A stretch of 64,000 nucleotides of DNA from Malacoraja senta. Taxonomy: Eukaryota. A model generated the notes under the pieces. It worked only from the letters and a program-made list of their open reading frames with translations, was not told the origin of the DNA and made no database searches. The stretch covers positions 5,830,001-5,894,000 of the forward strand of contig CM075995.1 in NCBI GenBank assembly GCA_038087875.1. Direction: 5' to 3'. The translations under genes were made by a program, and so were the position numbers. Position 1 is the first letter of the stretch, and each line of letters opens with the position of its first letter. Below are positions 12,835 to 24,164 of the stretch, in pieces.

Positions 12835-14935
12835 TTCAGCATTTCCAAACCAAAGGCAACGCAGCTTTAGCATTTCCAACCAAAGTCAACGCAGCTTTAG
12901 CATTTCCAAACCAAAGGCACCACCGCTTTAGCATTTCCAAACCAAAGGGAACACAGCTTTAGCATTTCCAAACCAAAGGCAACACGGCTTTAGCATTTCC
13001 AAACCAAAGGCAACACAGCTTTAGCATTTCCAACCTATATTTTCAAACCACATTAAGGGCACTGACAGGTCAGTAAAACCACTGTTTAGTAGACATGTGT
13101 TCAGTGTTATTCACAGCTCAGACTGAGAGACGTGACCCTCTCGCTCCCCCATCTTGCAGAGACTGACTGAGGCACTCAACACTTCCGGGTTTTATAGTCC
13201 CTCCTGAAGGAGTGTGGCCTTCAGGAGTGAGAATCTCAACATTTTTTAAACACTAATAACTCTTTTATTTTTCATCGATGGGAAAAATCATCTTGTCCTG
13301 CGTAGCGGAGGGGGATGGCCAAAAATAACAGCCGTAAGTGGCAGCATTTTTTCTAAAATCAATATACAGAACAACAGGAAGTGGTCAAGATCAGACTTTT
13401 AGTAATATAGATAATAACTAAAGCTCTGATCTTGTGCTCTTCCAATTTGCGCGGTTTTTCTATTTGCGTCAAAACGGTACTACAATAGCCCTACCAGCTC
13501 ACTCGCCGTTCTCCTGTGTTGCGACTGCAACAAGTTTCGTTCCGATCGGTGTAATTTTTGAATAGTTAGCGCGGTTTAAAAAGCATAAAAAACGCGCATG
13601 CTCCTCTCCTGCCAGTCAGCGCCGCGCGGATTGGTCTCTTCTCCTGTCACTCCCCAGGACGGTCCGCCCCTTCTGCGCCATCGTGTCTTTACTGGAGCTG
13701 AGGGACGCTGTGGGTGGCCAGCGGAGGTATCCAACCGGACACAACTTTCGGAGGGACCCAAGCGGCGCAGCATCGGAGATGTCGCCAAACGGAAAGTGGA
13801 GAATCTGATCCCGGTGGGGGGAGCCACCAGCCACATTGTGAGTCTCCACCGCACCGCCATCGCAATGCCCCGCAGCTCCAGGCCCTCCCCCTCTGGTCCC
13901 TCGCTGGCTCCTGACCCCCACTCTCCTGTGATATCCCAATAGCTCTTCCCCCGTCTTTTCTTCAAGCTCTCCCCCCCTCCCCCCCCGCCCACACGCTGGC
14001 GCGGCCTTAGCTGCTGGTGCTTCCGGGCCGAGGATCCGCGCCGACGGCTGATGCTCCTCCGGGGAGAGGAGCGGCAACTTCGAGATCCTGGGGAGGTGAG
14101 GAGGGAGAGGAGAGGGGATAGAGGGAGAGGAGGGAAGTAGGGAGGGGGGATGAGTTATGGAGGGAGGGAGTCGTGAGTTATGGAGGGAGGGAGGGTAGGG
14201 GAAAGGAGAGGTGAGGGAGGGATTGGGGGAGGGTAGGACAGGGAAAAGAAGAGGGAGGAGGTGAGGAGGGAGAGTGGGGAGGGGTGGGAATAGAGGGGAG
14301 AGGAGGGAGAGGAGGGGAGTGGGGCTGTTGATGTGTGGAGACTGAACACATTGATGGAATCATAAAGAAAGCCTATCAACGCCTCTATTTGCTTAGAAGA
14401 CTGAGGAAATACAGTATGTCAACAAATCTATTCTTGAGAGCATATTGACTGGCTGCATCACGGCCTAGTTCAACAACTCAAATGACAGGGAAACAACGGA
14501 GATTGCAAAAAGTGGTGAACACTGCCCAGTCCATCACAGGTACTGACCTCCCCACCATAGAAAGGATCTACAGGAGTTAGAATGGAATACTTTATTGTCA
14601 CATGTGACAAGGCACAGTGAAATTCTTTACTTGCATAACCAAGATATACAAATAGCGGCCACCTACGGTGCTGACAGAGTTACAAAGTATGGTGGATCCT
14701 CAAAAAGACAAATTTGAAAAAGGCAAATGTCGGCTCCTCAAAAAGGCAGCCAGCATCATAAGGGACCCACACCACCCTGGCCACGCACTCACTTCACTCC
14801 TGTCACCGGGAAGAAGGTATGGGAGCCTGGAAACTGTAATATCCTAGTTCAGCAGCAGCCTCTTCCTAACAACCACATTATAACTTCCAACAGAACTCCA
14901 AACTACATGGAGCATTGTTTTTAATGTTTGCACTT
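12835..14935. repeat. Copy 1 of a ~2.1-kb near-identical direct duplication
   Basis: Aligns by eye to 15377-17472; differences are mostly homopolymer indels. Confidence 0.95.
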
Positions 14936-15228
14936 GTGTTGGGGAACGGGTTGAGCCGCGGGACTTACTTACCATCACCCGGTGGGGTCACTACATCGGA
15001 GGCCTGGATCGCCTCAGCGCAGAGGGAGAACAAGGAGGGAAGAGACAAAGACTTTAAGACTTTTGCCTTCCATCACAGTGAGGAGGTGCCTGGTGAACTA
15101 ACTGTGGTGGATGTTAAATTTGTGTTTATTGTGTGTTTTTGTTATTTTTATTATATGTATGACTGCAAGGCAACGAAATTTCGTTCAGACCGAAAGGTCT
15201 GAATGACAATAAAGGATACTTTGACTTT

Positions 15229-15952
15229 GGCAAGGCAACTTTAATTAGGCAAGGCAACTTTAATTAGGCAAGGCAACTTTAATTAGGCAAGGCAACTTTA
15301 ATTAGGCAACACAGCTTCAGCAATACCAAACCAAAAGGAACACAGCTTTAGCATTTCCAACCAAAGGCAACACAGCTTCAGCATTTCCAAACCAAAGGCA
15401 ACGCAGCTTTAGCATTTCCAAACCAAAGTCAACGCAGCTTTAGCATTTCCAAACCAAAGGCACCACCGCTTTAGCATTTCCAAACCAAAGGGAACACAGA
15501 TTTAGCATTTCCAAACCAAAGGCAACACGGCTTTAGCATTTCCAAACCAAAGGCAACACAGCTTTAGCATTTCCAACCTATATTTTCAAACCACATTAAG
15601 GGCACTGACAGGTCAGTAAAACCACTGTTTAGTAGACATGTGTTCAGTGTTATTCACAGCTCAGACTGAGAGACGTGACCCTCTCGCTCCCCCATCTTGC
15701 AGAGACTGACTGAGGCACTCAACACTTCCGGGTTTTATAGTCCCTCCTGAAGGAGTGTGGCCTTCAGGAGTGAGAATCTCAACATTTTTAAACACTAATA
15801 ACTCTTTTATTTTTCATCGATGGGAAAAATCATCTTGTCCTGCGTAGCGGAGGGGGATGGCCAAAAATAACAGCCGTAAGTGGCAGCATTTTTTCTAAAA
15901 TCAATATACAGAACAACAGGAAGTGGTCAAGATCAGACTTTTAGTAATATAG
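15229..15952 (-). mobile_element. Helitron-like 5' module with 31-bp and 19-bp minisatellites (partly duplicated at 12835-13411)
   Basis: Minus strand starts TCTATATTACTAAAAGTCTGATCTTGACC as at 20350; arrays AGCATTTCCAAACCAAAGGCAACACAGCTTT and GGCAAGGCAACTTTAATTA. Confidence 0.7.
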
Positions 15953-17472
15953 ATAATAACTAAAGCTCTGATCTTGTGCTCTTCCAATTTGCGCGGTTTT
16001 TCTATTTGCGTCAAAACGGTACTACAATAGCCCTACCAGCTCACTCGCCGTTCTCCTGTGTTGCGACTGCAACAAGTTTCGTTCCGATCGGTGTAATTTT
16101 TGAATAGTTAGCGCGGTTTAAAAAGCATAAAAAACGCGCATGCTCCTCTCCTGCCAGTCAGCGCCGCGCGGATTGGTCTCTTCTCCTGTCACTCCCCAGG
16201 ACGGTCCCGCCCCCTTCCTGCGCCATCGTGTCTTTACTGGAGCTGAGGGACGCTGTGGGTGGCCAGCGGAGGTATCCAACCGGACACAACTTTCGGAGGA
16301 CCCAAGCGGCGCAGCATCGGAGATGTCGCCAAACGGAAAGTGGAGAATCTGATCCCGGTGGGGGAGCCACAGCCACATTGTGAGTCTCCACCGCACCGCC
16401 ATCGCAATGCCCCGCAGCTCCAGGCCCTCCCCCTCTGGTCCCTCGCTGGCTCCTGACCCCACTCTCCTGTGATATCCCAATAGCTCTTCCCCCGTCTTTC
16501 TTCAAGCTCTCCCCCCCTCCCCCCCGCCCACACGCTGGCGCGGCCTTAGCTGCTGGTGCTTCCGGGCCGAGGATCCGCGCCGACGGCTGATGCTCCTCCG
16601 GGAGAGGAGCGGCAACTTCGAGATCCTGGGGAGGTGAGGAGGGAGAGGAGAGGGGATAGAGGGAGAGGAGGGAAGTAGGGAGGGGGATGAGTTATGGAGG
16701 GAGGGAGTCGTGAGTTATGGAGGGAGGGGAGGGTAGGGGAAAGGAGAGGTGAGGGAGGGATTGGGGGGAGGGTAGGACAGGGAAAAGAAGAGGGAGGAGG
16801 TGAGGAGGGAGAGTGGGGAGGGGTGGGGAATAGAGGGAGAGGAGGGAGAGGAGGGGAGTGGGGCTGTTGATGTGTGGAGACTGAACACATTGATGGAATC
16901 ATAAAGAAAGCCTATCAACGCCTCTATTTGCTTAGAAGACTGAGGAAATACAGTATGTCAACAAATCTATTCTTGAGAGCATATTGACTGGCTGCATCAC
17001 GGCTAGTTCAACAACTCAAATGACAGGGAAACAACGGAGATTGCAAAAAGTGGTGAACACTGCCCAGTCCATCACAGGTACTGACCTCCCCACCATAGAA
17101 AGGATCTACAGGAGTTAGAATGGAATACTTTATTGTCACATGTGACAAGGCACAGTGAAATTCTTTACTTGCATAACCAAGATATACAAATAGCGGCCAC
17201 CTACGGTGCTGACAGAGTTACAAAGTATGGTGGATCCTCAAAAAGACAAATTTGAAAAGGCAAATGTCGGCTCCTCAAAAAGGCAGCCAGCATCATAAGG
17301 GACCCACACCACCCTGGCCACGCACTCACTTCACTCCTGTCACCGGGAAGAAGGTATGGGAGCCTGGAAACTGTAATATCCTAGTTCAGCAGCAGCCTCT
17401 TCCTAACAACCACATTATAACTTCCAACAGAACTCCAAACTACATGGAGCATTGTTTTTAATGTTTGCACTT
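15377..17472. repeat. Copy 2 of the ~2.1-kb direct duplication
   Basis: Same content as 12835-14935: 31-bp minisatellite, two back-to-back Helitron-like 5' modules, purine-rich tract, Rex1-like fragment. Confidence 0.95.
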
Positions 17473-17499
17473 AAAACATGTTTTTAAAATGTCATCGCT

Positions 17500-19940
17500 A
17501 GTTTATTTTTATATACTACTTTTTTTCTCTCTCGTTTGTTTGCCAGCTTTTTATGATCTGAACTATGCCAAAACAGTACACAATAGCGCTACCACCTTAC
17601 TCACAATTGCCTTGTTGTGTAGTGTATCAAGTTACGTTCAGATTTATGTTATATTTTACGTTATTAAAAATTTTAATTTACAAAACCCGACAAAAATGTC
17701 TTCCCAGTGCTTACAGCCATGACGTCACAATGGGATTGTAGCCCTGCTCGCAACATTGTTGCTATCCAAGTACACTCCGTCCTGCTAGCCCTAGCATGTA
17801 TAATTGCATTTTTTAATTTAAAATGAGGGAGGGTGAATAAGGCGAAATGAGCAGCCCCTGCGCAGTATGGGTGAGTGGTGGCATTTTGCATTCGGGGAAC
17901 GGCTTGCGTTGGGGAAACGGGTGAGTGGTGGAATATTGCCTTGAGGAACGGGTTGCGTTGGGGAAACGGTGAGTGGTGGAATATTGCCTTGGGGAACGGG
18001 TTGTTGGGGACCAGGCCTCTCGTGGGGGCTATGGGTGAGTGGTGGAATATTGCGTTGGGGGACCAGGCCTCTCTTGTGACAGGGGGGTCCAGTTGGTCTA
18101 GTATATATTACTCTCATCATGTCTGTGAGTGAGCGTGCATGTTTCTTTGTTTGCGTGCTTGTTTGCCATTCAGATTCATGACCTGAACTATGCCAAAACG
18201 ATACACGATAGAGCTACAAAATTTGCACCACCTTACTCACCATTGTCCTGTGGTGTGGTGTATCGTTTAGTTCAGATTGATGTTAAATTTTACAAGTTAA
18301 CACATTTAAAGTTTACAAAACCTCAATAGACAATAGGTGCAGGAGTAGGCCATTCGGCCCTTCGAGCCAGCACCGCCATTCAATGTGATCATGGCTGATC
18401 ATCCCAATCAGTACCCCGTTCCTGCCTTCTCCCCATATCCCCGACTTTAAGAAAGATTTTTTCCAATCTACACTGGCAGCTACCAGCTATGTCACAATGG
18501 GATTCGTAGCCCTGCCCGCTACAATGTTGCTATCCCAGTACACCGAGTCCTTTAGCAAGTGCAATTTCATTTTTTAAAGGTTACAATGAGGGAGGTTGAA
18601 TAAGGGGAAATGAGCCGGCCGGCCTGCACAGTTGGGGGCTATGGCTGAGTGGTGGAATATTGCATTGGGGGAACGGGTTGCGTTGGGGGAATGGGTGAGT
18701 GGTGGAATATTGTGTTGGGGAACGGGTTGTGTTGGGGGACCAGGCCTCCTGTGTGACAGGGACCCAAAGGGTCCCACTTGGTCTAGTTTATATATATATT
18801 ACTAAAACTCTCATCTTGTTTGTTTCTATGTGTGCGTGTCTGTGATCTCTGATTCGGTTGATGTCCTCAAATTACGCCAAAACGGTACACAATAGCGCTA
18901 CAATTTTAGGACCACCTTACACACAATTGTCATGTGGTAGTTTGTATCAAGATTTGTTGAGATTGATGTTATATTTACAGGTTATTGACATTTAAAACAA
19001 CAAAAATTAAACAGCGCCCCCACTTGCCCTTAGCAGCGTTTGCCGTCACATTGGGATCTCATTGACATAATAAAAAGTCGCTGTCCCTGATAAAAGCACA
19101 CTGGACACAGACAGGGCCCAGAGCCATGCTCAAGTCGGCAGTCTCAAAAACTCACTGACTGACTGTTATTTTCAAATGCCGCATGTGCGGAGCCGTGGGA
19201 GGGGGAGGGAGAGGCAACCAGCCACGGGAGGGGGGGAGGGAGAAGCCTCCCCGCGGGCCTGCCCGCACCGGCTCAAACCACAGCCCAGGGCCCTGAGCGC
19301 GGCTTGACAGACAGGGCCCGGAGCCGCGCTCCTCCCTCCCTCCCCCTCCCGCGGCTCCATATCTCGAACCACAGCCCAGGGCCCCGAGCGCGGCTGGACA
19401 AAGACAGGGACCAGGACTGGGCCTGGAGCCGCACTCCTCCCTCCCCCTCCCGCCGCTCCAGACGCAATGGGGAACGAGGGGGAACGCATATTGCAATGGG
19501 GGAACGAGGCCCAACGGGTCCCACTTGGGGTAGGGAGGGGAGAGGGGTTATGGACAATGTTAACAAAGACAGGACTCTCAATCCAATGAGAGATTTGTAG
19601 CATTGTTGTAAGGAGAGGGAGGGAGTGGGGAAGGGGACAAGGAGAGGATTGTTCTTTAATGTTATTTAAACAGATAGAGGGAGAGGAGGGGGGTAGGGAG
19701 GGGAGAGAGGTTATGTAGGTAGGGTGTAACTGAGGGTAGGGGAAAGGAGAGGGAGGGTGAAGAGGAGGGGGAGGGAGTGCTGGGGATGAGGGGAAATGAG
19801 CCCCAGAACCGCCTGCGCAGTTGGGGGCAATGGGTGAGTTGTTGAATATTGCGTGGGGGAACGGGTTGCGTTGGGGGAACGGGTGAGTGGTGGAATATTG
19901 CGTTGGGGGAACGGGGCCCGACGGTTCCTACTTGGTCTAC
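17500..19940 (+). mobile_element. Head-to-tail array of three Helitron-like elements (3' ends at 18101, 18786, 19940)
   Basis: Ends CTAG|T, CTAG|T and CTAC|T; hairpin GGGACCC-AAA-GGGTCCC at 18759-18775; shared 5' module GCCAAAACGGTACACAATAGCGCTAC; G-rich subterminal repeats; short CR1 tail nested at ~18327-18445. Confidence 0.75.
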
Positions 19941-19949
19941 TCTGTAATA

Positions 19950-20290
19950 AAAAGGAACTGTAGACGTTGGCTTGTACCAAAGTGCTGGAGTAACTCAATG
20001 GATCAGGCAACATCTCTGGAGAACATAGGTGATGTTTCAGATTGGGACACTTCAGAAGGGTCCTGACCCGAAACGTCACCTATCCATGTTTGAAGAAGGG
20101 GACCGACCCAAAATGTCACCTATCCATGATCTCCAGAGATACTACCTGACCCGCTGAGTTACCCAGCATTGTGTAGTTATCGTAAGAATTTCATTGGTAG
20201 ACAAAAATGCTGGAGAAACTCAGCGGGTGAGACAGCATCTATGGAGCGAAAGAAATAGGCAACGTTTCAGGTCGAAACCCTCTTCAAAAT
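19950..20290. repeat. Penelope pLTR-derived palindromic repeats
   Basis: Inverted copies of gtgctggagtaactcagcggg...cccgaaacgtcacct, the family flanking the GIY-YIG remnant at 32595-33336. Confidence 0.65.
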
Positions 20291-20737
20291 TTCATTGTTC
20301 CGTTCCAGGACATATGGCAATAAAACACACTCTTGAATCTTGGGTGATATCTATATCTACATTATAGTACTAAAAGTCTGATCTTGACCGCTTTTGGCTC
20401 ACTGTGCTGTGATTTCCGAGAGAACGCCGCCACCTACGGCCGTGATTTTTGGCCACCTCGCTCAGAGCCCCCCCTCCGCCTTGCTGGGCCAGAGGATTTT
20501 TCCCATCGATGAAGAATCAGAGAGATATTAATGTTTTAAACATTTTTTACCATTCTCTCGGCTGCCCCTGCTGGAGGGAGGGACTATAAAACCAGGAAGT
20601 GGTGTGCCTCACTCAGTCTCTGCAAGATGGAGGAAGCCAGAGGGTCATGTCTCTCTGAGCTCTGAATAACACTGAACACATGTCTACTCAACTGTGAGTG
20701 CCCTTAATGTGGTTTGAAAATGAAAATATGGTTAGTT

Positions 20738-21345
20738 TGAAGTAAAAAGGCACTGCCTGCAAATGGTTGTTTGGGGGGTTTGGGGTTGAAGAGAAAAGGC
20801 ACTGCCTGCAAATGGTTGTTTGGGAGGTTTGGGGTTGAAGTGAAAAGGCACTGCCTGGAAATGGTTGTTTGGGGGGTTTGGGGTTGAAGTGAAAAGGCAC
20901 TGCCTGCAAATGGTTGTTTGGGGGTTTGGGTTGAAGTGAAAAGGCACTGCCTGCAAATGGTTGTGTGGGGGGGTTTGGGTTGAAGTGAAAAGGCACTGCC
21001 TGCAAATGGTTGTTCGGGGGGTTTGGGTTGAAGTGAAAAGGCACTGCCTGCAAATGGTTGTTTGGGGGGGTTTGGGTTGAAGTTAAAAGGGCGCTGCCTG
21101 CAAATGGTTGTTTGGGGGTTTGGGTTGAAGTGAAAAGGCACTGCCTGCAAATGGTTGTTTGGGGGGGTTTGGTTTGAAGTGAAAAGGCACTGCCTGCAAA
21201 TGGTTGTTTGGGGGGTTTGGGTTGAAGTGAAAAGGCACTGCCTGCAAATGGTTGTTTGGGTTGAAGTGAAAAGGCACTGCCTGAAAATGGTTGTTTGGGG
21301 AGTTTGGGTTGAAGTGAAAAGGCACTGCCTGCAAATGGTTGTTTG
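20738..21345. repeat. Minisatellite, ~13 copies of a ~47-50-bp unit
   Basis: TGAAGTGAAAAGGCACTGCCTGCAAATGGTTGTTTG(G)nTTTGGGT repeated. Confidence 0.95.
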
Positions 21346-21907
21346 GCTAAACTTGACAACTTCCTGTTTGCACTATATTGATTTTGGATAAAACGCTACC
21401 ACTTACGGCTGTGATTTTTGGCCATCTTACTCAGTCCCCCTCCGTTCATCAGGTGCAGAGGATTATTCCATCAATGAAAAACAAAAGTGTTATTAGTGTT
21501 TAAAAAATGTTGAGAATCTCTCCTGTCAATCACGCCATGAAGGCCACACTTTTTCTGGTGGGAGGGGTGGGATAATAAAACCCGGAAGTGTGGGTATGGC
21601 TCAGTCTCTGCATGATGGGGGAGGGAGAGGTCACGACTCTGTCTGAGCTGTGAATCAACTGAACACACTGAATGTCTACTGAACTGTGAGTGTGGTGTTT
21701 TGTGTGGTTTTATGGTGGTTTCACCCTGCTTGAAATAGTATGAAACTGCATTTGAATGTGGTGGCCTTGCACCCTGCATGAAATGGTATGAAACTGCATT
21801 TGAATGTGGTGTCGTTGCACCTGCATGAAATGGTCTGAAACTGCACTTGAATTCGGTGACCTTGCACCCTGCTCGAAGAGGTAAGAAACTGAAATGGTAG
21901 GATAATG

Positions 21908-22949
21908 TAGGTATGTTACAAAACTTACCTTCAGTCGCGCTGTAATTCTGCCACTGGCCGTGTGCGCGATTTTGGCGCCTTTAAGGGGGGGGCGGGGTTA
22001 AAACGCGGTTTCTCCTCCCTTGTCCTGGAAATATTTTGTTGGAGTACAAAACTTCGCTGACAAAATCGTTCCTACCGGCGATTTGTGAATTTTTTTTTTT
22101 AAATTAAATCGTCAATGTCAGCGCTACAGTCATTTTAAAAGCAGCTCCTGAAGCGTCAACGCCAATAACGGGGACGGATTTCACACAATGGACAGGTAAA
22201 CGAAAGTGCTTTCTTTAAATGTATAAAAGTGCTTCTTAAGAAGCCTTTAATTCACATTTTGTCATGCGACACGGTGATTTTATTCCCCGAATTAACGGCA
22301 GTATTTTTCATGCCAATACGGGGTTAAATTCACCGCAAATGAACGTTCCAAAAGATCGCGTTCCAGAAATTCTCACTCGCAAGATGAATTAAATGCCCAT
22401 TAATTTACAGGTATTAAACATTCAATTCCTTCCATTTGGCCTGTAAATTCATGAAAATTAGATTTAAAAATTATGTTATATTGTGAATTATTGTGTGAAT
22501 GTTATTTGGACACTTAGGCTATTTAAAAATGTTAATCTATTCTTAAGAAATTGATAGATGTTTAGATCTAGTAATTGAATTTTGTAATTAGCTACAATTA
22601 GGTAACTAACTAATTATATGCTTTACTTTCATGTCTTCGAAGTAAGATTGTTTCATATTTGTTTCAGAATGCTTCAATCTATAATACCTGAAAATTTCTT
22701 TCAGTTACCATAATTTTTAAGAAAGTTATGGGCTTTTAACTGTCCTCGATCACAGCTTTTGTGTTAAGTCAATGGAAAAGCAATAGGGAACTAGATGCTA
22801 ATTTCTGAGTATGATAATGGCCATAACTTTTTTAATACTGAAGATATGAAAGTGAATTAAGTGTCAAATTAAACTTCTTTTTATGCTTTATCTGATGGGA
22901 TAAATTGCAGACTTTATTTTTTAAATCTCAAAATTTTGTAACATTGCTA
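21908..22949. mobile_element. Non-autonomous TIR transposon with TAG...CTA termini and 7-bp TSD
   Basis: TAGGTATGTTACAAAA / TTTTGTAACATTGCTA; GATAATG on both flanks; removing it restores the host 48-bp repeat. Confidence 0.8.
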
Positions 22950-23801
22950 GATAATGTATTTGAATTTGGTGGCCTTGCACTCTGCTTGAAATGGAATTTC
23001 AAGGAATAGCCGTGAGTCAACTGCCAGCCCACCAGCCGTGAGTGAGCTGACAGCACATCAGGCTTGAGGGACTGAGCTGCCACCCCAAGAATCCATTTGG
23101 CTCACAATGTCCATACTAGCCCTCTGGAGACGAGTAGTCCCTGCAGCCAACAACACCCATACCTGCGCTCCAGAAAGCCCCCCCCCCCCCCCCCCACTGG
23201 CCACCAATATTGGAATTGGTGGAAAGGTGGAATATTGCCCTCCCGTGTGAACATGGGACCCAACATGGGACCCAACGGGTCCCACTTAGTCTAATAGTTC
23301 TTGTTTACTCCCTAACACCAGTGATGCCCAGGAGAGAGGGGAAACCACCGGCAGGCCCATGGAAGGCAGTAGCAACCCACTGTGGCCGCCAGCCCTTCAA
23401 CGGGAATTCTTGGGAGCTGCAGGGGGAGGAGGACGGAGTTCTTGCACTTTGGGGATTGACCAGATCAGACAGCATCCCGCCGGGGAGTTCACCCCGGTCC
23501 AGGGCTGGGCTGCAGACATGAGGCGAGTGTACGAGAGAATGCAGCTACAGGAATCTGCAGCAATAATCAAAACAAAGCTGCTGCAGGAACCTGACGGGTA
23601 AATCTGCATCTCAGAAGGATGCTCAACGTCTCGTCCGTTTGTCTCCTCAGATGCTGATCGGCCCGGTTGGGCAGTTTCAGCTTGTGGGCGGCCGATTGAC
23701 AAACACCCCGAGGTGTGTGCACGGTCCCGTGTTCGCTGGACACCCTCTTAACCGCCCCCCCTCCCCCCCTCCCCCCCTCCTTTCTCCCCTTTCGTCCTTA
23801 C

Positions 23802-23935
23802 AAGGTCTCGACGTGTTTGATTTTCTTCACTTCTTGGTGCAGCCGCTTCTTCTTCTTCCTCTCCGGCTCCCTGTCTTCGGCCGAACGACGGCGGTGCCGG
23901 CGCTCTTTTCCACTCGCTCGGCTGCCCTCCGCCAT
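23802..23935 (-). CDS. RP9: RP9 (PAP-1, pre-mRNA splicing factor) coding exon 1
   Basis: GAGATGGCGG start context; MAEGSRASGKERRHRRRSAEDREPERKKKKRLHQEVKKIKHVET+TT|GTAAGG; resembles the RP9 N-terminal exon ending ...LKHLESF; downstream RP9 exons are on the same strand. Confidence 0.85.
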
Positions 23936-24113
23936 CTCGCCGCCGAGCGGGAAGCACGACCAGATTGCTGGAGGCGGAGGGGAGAGAGGGACAGCGGTTC
24001 TAGGATTCACCGCCGCCCGGCTCGGGCGACCCGAGGTAGAGCCGCAGGATTTGCTCCGTCCGCCATCGCGGCGCCGAAGAGCCGCCTATCTATTCCAGCA
24101 CCTTCCATGGGGG

Positions 24114-24125
24114 CGCGCATGCGCA
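24114..24125. promoter_or_regulatory. NRF1 binding motif
   Basis: CGCGCATGCGCA matches the consensus YGCGCAYGCGCR. Confidence 0.7.
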
Positions 24126-24164
24126 CTGGCTATCGACGCTCGGGAAGGAAGGAGGGAGAGAGAG

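Larger units (their letters stand above)
20350..23294 (+). mobile_element. Composite non-autonomous Helitron-like element
   Basis: A|TC start; perfect hairpin GGGACCC-AAC-GGGTCCC (23267-23283), 7 nt, then CTAA|T (CTRR); no TSD; two homologous 5' modules. Confidence 0.8.

Noticed and set aside
20738..21345. CRISPR-like look of a conserved repeat with variable intervening bases
   Set aside because: The intervening parts are only G/T tracts of varying length, not unique spacers; no cas genes; vertebrate intron. It is a minisatellite.
20688..21391. Long ORFs (up to 223 aa) over the minisatellite, and ORFs at 12292-12962
   Set aside because: Products of stop-free tandem repeats, open in several frames, with no recognisable domain.
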